Source: Candidatus Methylomirabilota bacterium (lineage in GTDB: Bacteria; Methylomirabilota; Methylomirabilia; Rokubacteriales; CSP1-6). Taken from it: a DNA stretch of 55,239 bases. The notes below the pieces were generated by a model. The model saw only the letters and a list, made by a program, of their open reading frames with translations. It was not told the origin of the DNA and did no database searches. The first letter of the stretch is position 1, and each line of letters opens with the position of its first letter. The position numbers and the translations under genes were made by a program. The stretch is taken from the NCBI GenBank assembly GCA_035260325.1, contig DATFVL010000062.1:1-55239 (forward strand), in the 5' to 3' direction. Positions 29,316 through 37,329 of this stretch are shown here, piece by piece.

Positions 29316-30017
29316 TCAGCGGGGCGCGATCCGGGCCTCGATGCCCTCCCACAGGAGCTCGGCCCAGCGCGCGTAGCCTGCGTCCGACGGGTGGTAGCCG
29401 TCGGACCAGACGAGCTCCGGTCGCTGCGGGAGCTCGCGCCGGCTCGCCGCGTACAGGTCGACGAGCTGGACGCCGTGCGCCCGGGCTCGGCGCGCGAGGA
29501 CGTCGTTGAAGCCGATCGTGAGCGCGGCGACCGCGTCCCGCTCGCGGCGCCGGTTGAAGCGGGGCGTCAGCGCGAGATCGGGGATCAGGTTCGCGACGAC
29601 GACCGCCGTCGTTTCGCGAGCGAGCCGCCCCAGGATCGTCTCGAGGTTCTTCTCGTAGGTTTCGACGCGCACGCCCGTGGTGATGTCGTTGGGTCCGACC
29701 GAGAGCGTGACGAGGTGGGGGCGACGCTCGATCGCTCGGTCGAGCTGACGCGCGAGCACGTCGCCGGAGGTGGCGCCGCCGACGCCGAGGTTGGTGAGGC
29801 GGGCGCTCGGGTACACGGCGCGCAGGCGCGCATGGATCCGGCTCACGTAGTTCAGCTCGGGGCGCGACGCGCCGACGCCCTCGACGGTGCTGTCGCCGAG
29901 GGCTACGTACGAGACCACGGGGCTCCGGTCGGCGGGCAGGAGGCGCGCCCCGTCCTGCTGGGCGCACGCGGCGGCGAGCGCCGCGAGCGCGGGGAGCGCC
30001 CACCGAGTCGCGTTCAC
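29316..30017 (-). CDS. SGNH/GDSL hydrolase family lipoprotein
   Basis: GTG 30017 overlaps the upstream stop (GTGA). Lipobox-like LAALAAACAQ; block I VALGDSTVEG; block III GPNDI; C-terminal DGYHPS. Confidence 0.8.
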   Translation of the reverse strand: MNATRWALPALAALAAACAQQDGARLLPADRSPVVSYVALGDSTVEGVGASRPELNYVSRIHARLRAVYPSARLTNLGVGGATSGDVLARQLDRAIERRPHLVTLSVGPNDITTGVRVETYEKNLETILGRLARETTAVVVANLIPDLALTPRFNRRRERDAVAALTIGFNDVLARRARAHGVQLVDLYAASRRELPQRPELVWSDGYHPSDAGYARWAELLWEGIEARIAPR

Positions 30018-30976
30018 AGGCTCGCCGCCGCCTCGAGCGTCGGGCCGTACCACGGCGCGTCGGGAAAGGTGATCGGGCGGATGGCGGGGAGCGTCACGCC
30101 CGCCGCGCGGTAGGCCGCGACGTAGGCCCGCGCGCGCGCCGCGTCGCCGACGGCGCCGAGCGCGTCGGCGAGCGCGTCGGGGACGGCGCGGTCGCGGTCG
30201 AAGGCCCGGACGCCCTCGCCGAGGCCGCTCGCCTCGAGCATCGCGCGGTAGAACGGCAGGGCGAGATAGCGCGCGAGCTCGCCCGTGAACGCCCGGCGGG
30301 CGGCCGCGGGGTCGCCGGTGACCGCGAGGGGGACCGCGGCGACGATCTCGAAGCCGTCCATGCTCTTGCCCGCGCGCCTCCGCCCGCGGCCGAGGGCGGG
30401 GATCGCCACGTCGCGCACGTAGGCCGGCGGGCAGAGCCAGAGGATCGCGCCGTCGGCGAGCTCGCCGGCGAGCTCGAGCATCCGGCGCGAGAGCGCCGCG
30501 AGGTACACCCGCGGCGGCGCGGGGCGGCGGGGCAGCGCCGCGCTCCAGCGGACGCGGTAGTGCGCGCCCGTGAAGTCCGCGCCCTCCGCGAGCGCGCCGC
30601 GCAGCACGGCGACGTACTCGCGCATCGTGGCGAGCGGCGCCCGGAGCTCGAGGCCGAGCATCTGCTCCATGCTCTCGCGGTGGCTCACGCCGATGCCGAG
30701 GATGAAGCGTTCGCCCGTCAGCTCCGCGAGCGTGAGCGCCGCCTGGGCCATCGCGACGGGATGGCGCGGGAAGATCGGGACGACCCCGTTGCCGAGCCCG
30801 AGGCGCGTGGTGGCGGCGCCGTAGGCCGCGAGGACGAGGAACGAGTCGCGGCCGAGGCCGTGGGTGACCCAGACGCTCTCGTAACCGAGCGCCTCGGCGC
30901 GCCGGGCGAGCTCGACCGCGGCGCCGAGGTCCTGCCCGGGGGAGATGTAGGCCGCGCGCCTCAGTCGCGGATCCAC
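30014..30976 (-). CDS. luciferase-like (LLM class) flavin/F420-dependent oxidoreductase
   Basis: ELARRAEALGYESVWVTHGLGRDSF..LGLGNGVVPIFPRHP..FILGIGVSH. GTG 30976 is the nearest canonical start. Confidence 0.8.
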   Translation of the reverse strand: MDPRLRRAAYISPGQDLGAAVELARRAEALGYESVWVTHGLGRDSFLVLAAYGAATTRLGLGNGVVPIFPRHPVAMAQAALTLAELTGERFILGIGVSHRESMEQMLGLELRAPLATMREYVAVLRGALAEGADFTGAHYRVRWSAALPRRPAPPRVYLAALSRRMLELAGELADGAILWLCPPAYVRDVAIPALGRGRRRAGKSMDGFEIVAAVPLAVTGDPAAARRAFTGELARYLALPFYRAMLEASGLGEGVRAFDRDRAVPDALADALGAVGDAARARAYVAAYRAAGVTLPAIRPITFPDAPWYGPTLEAAASL

Positions 30977-31245
30977 GACTCGGCGAGCGGGATCGGCGGG
31001 GCGCTCCGCCGCCGCGCGGCCCGCAGCGGGATCACCTTGGCGCTCCGGCCGGCGCTCGGGGCCAGGCGGAGCAGCGCCTCGACCTCCGCGCGGCGGTAGA
31101 GCCGCTGGCGCTTGATCCCCTGACGGTAGCTGCGGAGCACGCCGCGGCTCACGTAGGCGTAGAGCGTCGCGGGCTTCACGCCCAGGAGGCGCGCCGCCTC
31201 CTTCACCGTCAGGTACTCCTCGCCCTCGAGCACGACCATGCCCAT
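30961..31245 (-). CDS. small helix-turn-helix DNA-binding protein (excisionase/MerR-type HTH_17)
   Basis: EYLTVKEAARLLGVKPATLYAYVSRGVLRSYR. Divergent from the citrate synthase gene. Confidence 0.7.
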   Translation of the reverse strand: MGMVVLEGEEYLTVKEAARLLGVKPATLYAYVSRGVLRSYRQGIKRQRLYRRAEVEALLRLAPSAGRSAKVIPLRAARRRSAPPIPLAESWIRD

Positions 31246-31291
31246 CCCCGACGCTAGCAGGCTTGCCGGGCCCCGTCCAGCCGACGCGTGC

Positions 31292-31332
31292 TGAATAAAT
31301 ATAAATCATGTATAATCAACTATTATAGAATC
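31292..31332. promoter_or_regulatory. AT-rich island with -10-like boxes in the divergent HTH / citrate synthase intergenic region
   Basis: tgaataaatataaatcatgTATAATcaactattaTAGAATc, set in otherwise very GC-rich DNA. TATAAT 31311-31316, TAGAAT 31326-31331, SD AGGAGG 31335-31340, ATG 31346. Confidence 0.5.
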
Positions 31333-31345
31333 TCAGGAGGGCTCC

Positions 31346-32500
31346 ATGGACGACACGGCGTGGAAGGCGGGGCTCGAGGACGTGATCGCGGCGCGCTCCG
31401 CGATCTGTCGGGTGGACGGCGCGGCGGGGCGCCTCTTCTATCGCGGCTACGAGATCGGCGAGCTGGCCGGCGTGGTGCCGTTCGAGGAGGTGACGGCGCT
31501 GCTCTGGTCCGGCGAGCTGCCGGCGCCGGCGGAGGCCGCGGCGTTCGGGGCCCGGCTCGCGGCGGCGCGGGGCCTGCCCGGGCCCGTCCTGGCGCTCCTC
31601 GAGCGGCTGCCGCGCGACGCGCATCCGCTCGACGCGCTGCGGACGGCGGTGTCGCTCGCCGCCACGCACGATCCCGACGGCCGGCGCGGTGACCCGGACG
31701 CGAACGTGCGCAAGGCGGTCCGGCTCATGACCCTCGTGCCGGAGGTCGTCGCGGCGTGGCAGCGGATCCGGACCGGCGAGGCACCGGCCGCGGCGCCGCG
31801 GGCGCCCTCGCACGCCGCGTACTTCCTCGAGCTGCTGGCGGGCGGGGCGCCGTCGCCCGAGGTCGCGCGCGTCCTCGACGTGGTGCTGACCCTCCATGCG
31901 GACCACGAGTTCAACGCCTCGACGTTCGCCGCGCGCGTCGCGGTGGCGACGCTCGCCGACATCCACGCGGCCGTGACGGCGGCCGTGGCGACGCTCAAGG
32001 GGCCCCGGCACGGCGGCGCCAACGAGGACGTGCTCGCGATGCTGCTGGAGATCGGCGACCCCGCGCGGGCCGAGGCGTACGTCGAGCGGCGGCTCGGCGC
32101 GCGCGCGGCGCTCTCGAAGCGGGAGCGCGGCGACCCGAAGGCGCGCGTGCCCGGCTTCGGGCACCGCGTCTACAAGGTGGACGACGCGCGGGCGCGCGTG
32201 CTGCGGGCGATGGCGAAGACGATGGCGGAGGCGACGGGCAAGCGGCGGCTCTTCGAGGTCGCGGAGCGCGTCGACGACGCCATGCGGGCGCGGACGGCGC
32301 TCCCGGTGAACGTGGACTTCTTCTCCGCGGTGGTCTACGACGCGCTCGGGATCCCGCCCGATTTCTGCACCTCGATCTTCGCCGTCGGACGGATCGCGGG
32401 CTGGTGCGCCCACGTCCTCGAGCAGTACGCCGACAACCGGCTCATCCGACCGCGCGCCGAGTACACGGGCCCGGCGCCGCGCCCGGTGCCGGCGCGCTAG
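31346..32500 (+). CDS. citrate synthase family protein (citrate or 2-methylcitrate synthase, short type)
   Basis: LFYRGYEIGEL..GPRHGGANEDV..VPGFGHRVYKVDDARA..NVDFFSAV, so the catalytic His/His/Asp blocks are present. Confidence 0.9.
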   Translation: MDDTAWKAGLEDVIAARSAICRVDGAAGRLFYRGYEIGELAGVVPFEEVTALLWSGELPAPAEAAAFGARLAAARGLPGPVLALLERLPRDAHPLDALRTAVSLAATHDPDGRRGDPDANVRKAVRLMTLVPEVVAAWQRIRTGEAPAAAPRAPSHAAYFLELLAGGAPSPEVARVLDVVLTLHADHEFNASTFAARVAVATLADIHAAVTAAVATLKGPRHGGANEDVLAMLLEIGDPARAEAYVERRLGARAALSKRERGDPKARVPGFGHRVYKVDDARARVLRAMAKTMAEATGKRRLFEVAERVDDAMRARTALPVNVDFFSAVVYDALGIPPDFCTSIFAVGRIAGWCAHVLEQYADNRLIRPRAEYTGPAPRPVPAR

Positions 32501-33057
32501 CGGCGGAGGACCGAGACCTCCATCGCGTCGTCGTCGAACGCGTACTCGCGCGAGTCGTACCGGCCGTTGGCATCGCGCACGTACTCGAGGTACGGGCCGA
32601 CGTCGCGCCGGTAGACGCCCGTGTTGTCCGCGACGACGACCGCGCCCACCAGCAGCTTCGGCTCGAGCTGCCGGAGGTAGTCGAGGTAGTCCTCCTTGGC
32701 GGCGTCGAGCAGGACGAAGTCGAACCGGCCGGGGAGGAGCGGCACCACGCGGAGCGCGTCGCCGACGACCACCTTCACGCGGCGGCCGAGGCCCGCGCGC
32801 GCGGCGTTGCTCTTCACGAACTTCGCCAGGTACGGGTTCGCCTCGACGCACATGAGCCGGCCGCGCGGCGGCAACGAGGCCGCGACGAGGATGGCCGAGT
32901 AGCCGAGGAGCGAGCCGATCTCGATGCCGCGCGTGGGGCGGTAGCGGTCGAGCAGGCGGCGGATGACGCGGCCCTTGGCGCGCCCGATGTTCGGGATGTG
33001 CCAGACGGCCGTGGCGCGGTCCATGACCGCCAGCATGCGGCGCGCGCGCGCGTTCAC
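32497..33057 (-). CDS. class I SAM-dependent O-methyltransferase (caffeoyl-CoA OMT-like)
   Basis: GIEIGSLLGYSAILVA..FDFVLLDAAKEDYLDYL..VVVADN. GTG 33057 overlaps the upstream stop (GTGA); ATG 33036 is an alternative. Confidence 0.8.
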   Translation of the reverse strand: MNARARRMLAVMDRATAVWHIPNIGRAKGRVIRRLLDRYRPTRGIEIGSLLGYSAILVAASLPPRGRLMCVEANPYLAKFVKSNAARAGLGRRVKVVVGDALRVVPLLPGRFDFVLLDAAKEDYLDYLRQLEPKLLVGAVVVADNTGVYRRDVGPYLEYVRDANGRYDSREYAFDDDAMEVSVLRR

Positions 33058-33998
33058 TTCGGCAGGCGCGCGGCGACGCCGTCGGGGACGGGGTACCGGC
33101 GCGTGAACGGGCCCGCCTTGACGATCTGGCCGGGCAGCGCGCGCCCGACGATCTCCTGCACGCGCTTCGAGACCGCGATGAGCCGTTCGAGATCGATCCC
33201 GGTCTCGACGCCCATCGCGTGGAAGCAGTGGACCAGGTCCTCGCTGCAGACGTTGCCGGAGGCGCCCGGTGCGAAGGGGCAGCCGCCGAGGCCACCGATC
33301 GAGCTGTCGAAGTTCGTGACGCCGCGCTCCAGCGCGGCCAGGATGTTCGGGATCGCCATCGCGCGCGTGTCGTGCGTGTGCAGGGTCCACTCGATGCCCG
33401 GGAAGCGCGCCGTCAGGTGCTCGAGCACCCGGCCGACCTGGCGGGGGTTCGCCACGCCGGTCGTGTCGGCGAGGCCGATCGCGCGCGCGCCCGCGTCCAC
33501 GAGCCCGCGGACGACGCGCTCGAGCCGGTCGAGCGGCACGTCGCCCTCGAACGGGCAGCCGAAGGAGGTCGAGATGCCGCAGGCGACGGGGACCCGCGCG
33601 CGCTCGGCGACGCGCAGGACGACGGCGAGCTTCTCGAGGGACTCGGCGATCGTCATGTTGACGTTCGCCAGGTTGTGGCTCTCGCTCGCGGACAGGACCG
33701 TGTGGATCGCGTCCACGCCCGCGTCCACGGCGCGGACGGCGCCCTTCTCGTTCGGCACCAGCGCCGCGTAGCGCGTGCCGGGCCGCCGGCGGATCGTCGC
33801 CATGACGGCCTCGGCGTCGCGGAGCTGCGGGACCGCCTTGGGGTGGACGAACGAGGTCACCTCGATGCGCGACAGGCCGGCGTCGGAGAGGCGGTTCACC
33901 ACCTCGACCTTCAGCTCGGTCGGGATGAAGTCGGGCTCGATCTGGAACCCGTCCCGGGTTCCCACCTCGCAGATCGTCGCGCGCGCCGGCAGCGTCAT
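33054..33998 (-). CDS. hydroxymethylglutaryl-CoA lyase family protein
   Basis: ATG 33998 follows GAGGAGGAGG. ICEVGTRDGFQ..IEVTSFVHPKAVPQL..LHTHDTRAMA..FDSSIGGLGGCPFAPGASGNV. Confidence 0.9.
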   Translation of the reverse strand: MTLPARATICEVGTRDGFQIEPDFIPTELKVEVVNRLSDAGLSRIEVTSFVHPKAVPQLRDAEAVMATIRRRPGTRYAALVPNEKGAVRAVDAGVDAIHTVLSASESHNLANVNMTIAESLEKLAVVLRVAERARVPVACGISTSFGCPFEGDVPLDRLERVVRGLVDAGARAIGLADTTGVANPRQVGRVLEHLTARFPGIEWTLHTHDTRAMAIPNILAALERGVTNFDSSIGGLGGCPFAPGASGNVCSEDLVHCFHAMGVETGIDLERLIAVSKRVQEIVGRALPGQIVKAGPFTRRYPVPDGVAARLPK

Positions 33999-34021
33999 GG
34001 CCTCCTCCTCGGCGGCTCTCG

Positions 34022-35194
34022 CTAGTAGGAGCGGGGCATCCCGAGCACGTGCTCGCCGACGTAGGCGAGCACGAGGTTGTTGTTGATCGGCGCCGTCTTG
34101 TAGAGGCGGCACTCGCGGAACTTGCGCTCCACGTCGTATTCCTCGGCGTAGCCGTACCCGCCGTGGCAATCGATGCAGGCGTTCCCGGCGTCCCACGCCG
34201 CCTCGGCCCCGAGGTACTTCGCCATGTTGGCCTCGCCGCCGCAGGGCTCGCCGGCGTCGAAGAGCGCCGCGGCCTTGTCGCGCATGAGCTGCGCCGCCTC
34301 GATGGCGACGTGGGCCTTGGCGATCGCGAACTGCACGCCCTGGTTCGCGCCGATGGGCCTGCCGAAGATGACCCGCTGGTTCGAGTACGCCACGGCCTTC
34401 TCGATGAACCAGCGCGAGTCGCCGAGCGAGTCGGAGGCCACGAGGATCCGCTCGGCGTTCATGCCGTCGAGGATGTACGCGAAGCCCTTGCCCTCCTCGC
34501 CGATGAGGCTGTCGGCGGGGATCTCCATGTTGTCGAAGAAGAGCGCGTTCGTCGAGTGGTTCATCATCATCCGGAGTGGCCGCACCTCGAGCCCTTTCAG
34601 GCCGCGGATGTCGATGAGGAAGACGGATAGGCCGTCCGTCTTCCGCTTCACCCGGTCCACGGGCGTCGTCCGCGCGAGCAGAAGCATGAGGTCGGACTGG
34701 AGGACGCGGGAGATGAACATCTTCTGGCCGTTGACGACGTAACGATCGCCGCCGCGGACCGCGGTGGTCTGCAGCTTCGTCGTGTCCGAGCCCGAGTTCG
34801 GCTCCGTCACGCCGAAGGCCTGGAGCCTGAGCTCGCCCGTCGCGATCTTCGGCAGGTATTGCCGCTTCTGCGCCTCGCTGCCGTGACGGAGCACCGTGCC
34901 CATGATGTACATCTGGGCGTGGCACGCCGCCGCGTTCCCGCCCGAGTAGTTGATCGTCTCGAGGATCAGGCCGCCCTCGCGGATGCCGAGCCCCGCGCCA
35001 CCGTATTCCTGGGGGATCAGCGCCGCGAGATAGCCCGCCTGTGTCAGCTCGGCGACGAACTTCTCCGGGTACTCGCGCTTGGCGTCGAGCTCGCGCCAGT
35101 ACTCGCCGGGGTACCGCTTGCAGATCTCGAGGACGCCCGCCCGGAGCGCGCGCTGCTCGTCGCTGAGCGCGAGGTCGATGCTGGCCACCGTCAT
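34022..35194 (-). CDS. acyl-CoA dehydrogenase
   Basis: 390-aa ORF. ATG 35194 overlaps the hydratase stop (ATGA). PQEYGGAGLG..AFGVTEPNSGSDT..CHGGYGYAEEYDVERKFRE. Confidence 0.9.
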   Translation of the reverse strand: MTVASIDLALSDEQRALRAGVLEICKRYPGEYWRELDAKREYPEKFVAELTQAGYLAALIPQEYGGAGLGIREGGLILETINYSGGNAAACHAQMYIMGTVLRHGSEAQKRQYLPKIATGELRLQAFGVTEPNSGSDTTKLQTTAVRGGDRYVVNGQKMFISRVLQSDLMLLLARTTPVDRVKRKTDGLSVFLIDIRGLKGLEVRPLRMMMNHSTNALFFDNMEIPADSLIGEEGKGFAYILDGMNAERILVASDSLGDSRWFIEKAVAYSNQRVIFGRPIGANQGVQFAIAKAHVAIEAAQLMRDKAAALFDAGEPCGGEANMAKYLGAEAAWDAGNACIDCHGGYGYAEEYDVERKFRECRLYKTAPINNNLVLAYVGEHVLGMPRSY

Positions 35195-35982
35195 TTCCCT
35201 CTGAACCGCGGCGTCCGCTTCTCGTTGAAGGCCCGGACGCCCTCGAGACGGTCCTCCGTGACCACGGTGGCATTGTACGCCTCGATCGCGAGGACCATCG
35301 CCGTGTCGAGGTCGGTCTCGAGGCCGTACGCGATCGCCTTCTTCGCCTGGCGGACGGCGACCGGCGCGTTGCGGGCGATCGTCTGCGCGAGCTCCTGCGC
35401 CTTCGCGCGCGCCTGGCCCGCGGGGACGAGGTGGTTGACGAGCCCGGCGGCCTTCGCCTCGTCGGCCTTCATGCGCCGGCCCGTGAAGATCAGCTCCTTC
35501 GCGAGCGGCGCCCCGAGGATGCGCGGCAGGAGCTGGGTGCCGCCGATCCCGGGGAAGATCCCGAGGGTCGTCTCCGGCACGCCGAAGACCGCGGTCTCGC
35601 TCGCGACGATGAAGTCCGACAGCACGGCGAGCTCACAGCCGCCGGCCAGCGCGAAGCCCTCGACGGCGGCGAGCACCGGCACCGGGCAGCGGAGGAGGGC
35701 AAACGCGCCGCGCTCGAAGATGACATGCTGGGCGCGCCACGCCTCGTCCGTCATCTCGTTGCGTTCCTTCAGGTCGCCGCCCGCGCAGAACGCGCGGTCG
35801 CCGGCGCCGGTGAGCACGACCGCGCGCGCGCCCGGGTCGCGCGCGAGGCCCTCGAAGCAGGCGAGCAGGTCCTCGCCCATCGCCGTGTTCATCGCGTTCA
35901 TCTGCTCGGGGCGGTTCAGCGTGACGGTCACGACGTGGCCCTCGTCGGCGCGCGTGACGAGGAGGTGCCGGTACCCGCTCAC
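35191..35982 (-). CDS. enoyl-CoA hydratase (methylglutaconyl-CoA hydratase-like crotonase)
   Basis: GTG 35982 overlaps the CoA-transferase stop (GTGA). VTLNRPEQMNAMN..LTGAGDRAFCAGGDLKE..GFALAGGCELA..EGVRAFNEKRTPRF. Confidence 0.9.
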   Translation of the reverse strand: MSGYRHLLVTRADEGHVVTVTLNRPEQMNAMNTAMGEDLLACFEGLARDPGARAVVLTGAGDRAFCAGGDLKERNEMTDEAWRAQHVIFERGAFALLRCPVPVLAAVEGFALAGGCELAVLSDFIVASETAVFGVPETTLGIFPGIGGTQLLPRILGAPLAKELIFTGRRMKADEAKAAGLVNHLVPAGQARAKAQELAQTIARNAPVAVRQAKKAIAYGLETDLDTAMVLAIEAYNATVVTEDRLEGVRAFNEKRTPRFRGK

Positions 35983-37169
35983 TGGACGACGCCCTGGGCC
36001 CGGAGGCCGCGCACGTCGTCGAGCGTGTACCCGAGCGTCGTGAGCACGTCCGCGCTGTGCTCGCCGAGCAGCGGCGGGACGCGCCGCACCTCGGGCCTGA
36101 CGCCGTCCCAGAGGAGGGGCAGCCCCACGGACCGGTACCCGGGGATCCGCGGGTGGGGTGCCTGCACGAGCATGCCGCTCGCGCGCGTCTGCGGCTCCTC
36201 CACGACCGCGTCGATCGTCAGGATCGGTGCCGCCGGCACGCCGGCGGCGCGCAGCCGCTCGAGGAGCTCGGCCGTCTTGAGGCCGCGCGTCAGCGCGGCG
36301 AGGGCCTCGCCGAGCGCCGCGCGGTTCCGCACGCGCGCGGGGTTGTCGGCGAAGCGCGCGTCGTGCGCGAGGGCCGGCGCCGCCAGCCCCTCGCACAGGC
36401 GCTGGAACAGCACGTCGGAGCCCGCCCCGACCATCGCGTAGCCGTCGGCCGTCGGGAACGCCTGGTAGGGCGCGATCATCGCCGTCCCCGAGCCGTGCGG
36501 CCGCGGAACCTCGCCGTCGCCGAGGTAGCCCATCGCGTGATACGAGACCCACATGAGCGCGGTCTCGAAGAGCGCGGTCGTCACCTCGACGGCGCGCCCC
36601 GTCGCGTCGCGCCGGCGGAGCGCCGCGACGACGCCGAGCGCGGCCCACATCCCGGTGCCCATGTCGACGATCGAGGTGCCGACCCGCGCCGGCTCCTGGC
36701 CCGGGTGGCCGTTGACCGACATGAGGCCGCCGTAGGCCTGCATCAGCGGGTCGTAGCCGGGCAGGTCGGCGAGCGGGCCGCGCGCGCCGTAGGCGGTGAT
36801 CGAGCAATACACGAGGCGCGGGTTGAGCCGGGTCGCGCCGGCGAAGTCGACCCCGAGCTCGGCGACCGCGCCGGCGCGGAGGCTCTGCACGAAGACGTCG
36901 GCGCGCGCGACCAGGCGCCGGAGCACCTCGAGCCCGCCGTCCTTCTTCAGGTCGAGCGCGAGGCTCTTCTTGTTGCGATTCATCGCCATGAAGGCCGCGC
37001 TCTCCCCGCCCCACCAGGGCGGGGCCCAGGCGCGCGCGTCGTCGCCGCGGCCCGGGCGCTCGACCTTGACGACCTCGGCGCCCATGTCGCCGAGGATCTG
37101 GGTGCAGAACGGACCCGCGACGTTCTGGGTGAGGTCAGCGACGAGAACGCCGTCCAGGGGTAGCGCCAC
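35979..37169 (-). CDS. family III CoA-transferase (CaiB/BaiF type)
   Basis: VALPLDGVLVADLTQNVAGPFCTQILGDMGAEVVKVE parallels the N-terminus of the paralog at 9804-10988. GTG 37202 is an alternative start. Confidence 0.85.
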   Translation of the reverse strand: MALPLDGVLVADLTQNVAGPFCTQILGDMGAEVVKVERPGRGDDARAWAPPWWGGESAAFMAMNRNKKSLALDLKKDGGLEVLRRLVARADVFVQSLRAGAVAELGVDFAGATRLNPRLVYCSITAYGARGPLADLPGYDPLMQAYGGLMSVNGHPGQEPARVGTSIVDMGTGMWAALGVVAALRRRDATGRAVEVTTALFETALMWVSYHAMGYLGDGEVPRPHGSGTAMIAPYQAFPTADGYAMVGAGSDVLFQRLCEGLAAPALAHDARFADNPARVRNRAALGEALAALTRGLKTAELLERLRAAGVPAAPILTIDAVVEEPQTRASGMLVQAPHPRIPGYRSVGLPLLWDGVRPEVRRVPPLLGEHSADVLTTLGYTLDDVRGLRAQGVVQ

Positions 37170-37300
37170 GGGGTAGGAGTCTACCAGAACGAAACTGGCC
37201 ACCCTGTAGCGAAACTGGTCGCCCGGAGCGCGAGACCAACCGCGGCTCAGCCACGACCCGACCCGATTTTCCCGAGAGTTACGGATCGGGCGGCCGAAAC

Positions 37301-37329
37301 TTACCACTGGCATCGAGCTTGCCTATCAT
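37301..37329 (+). promoter_or_regulatory. putative promoter for the PilB/MshE-like ATPase gene
   Basis: TTACCA (37301-37306), 17-nt spacer, TATCAT (37324-37329). If this promoter is used, the start codon would be ATG 37343 rather than 37328. Confidence 0.3.

Noticed and set aside
30961-31245. Excisionase-type HTH gene as a marker of a prophage or integrative element.
   Set aside because: There is no integrase, no recombinase, no phage genes and no flanking direct repeats, and I saw no compositional break apart from the short AT-rich promoter island. It is more likely a local transcription factor.
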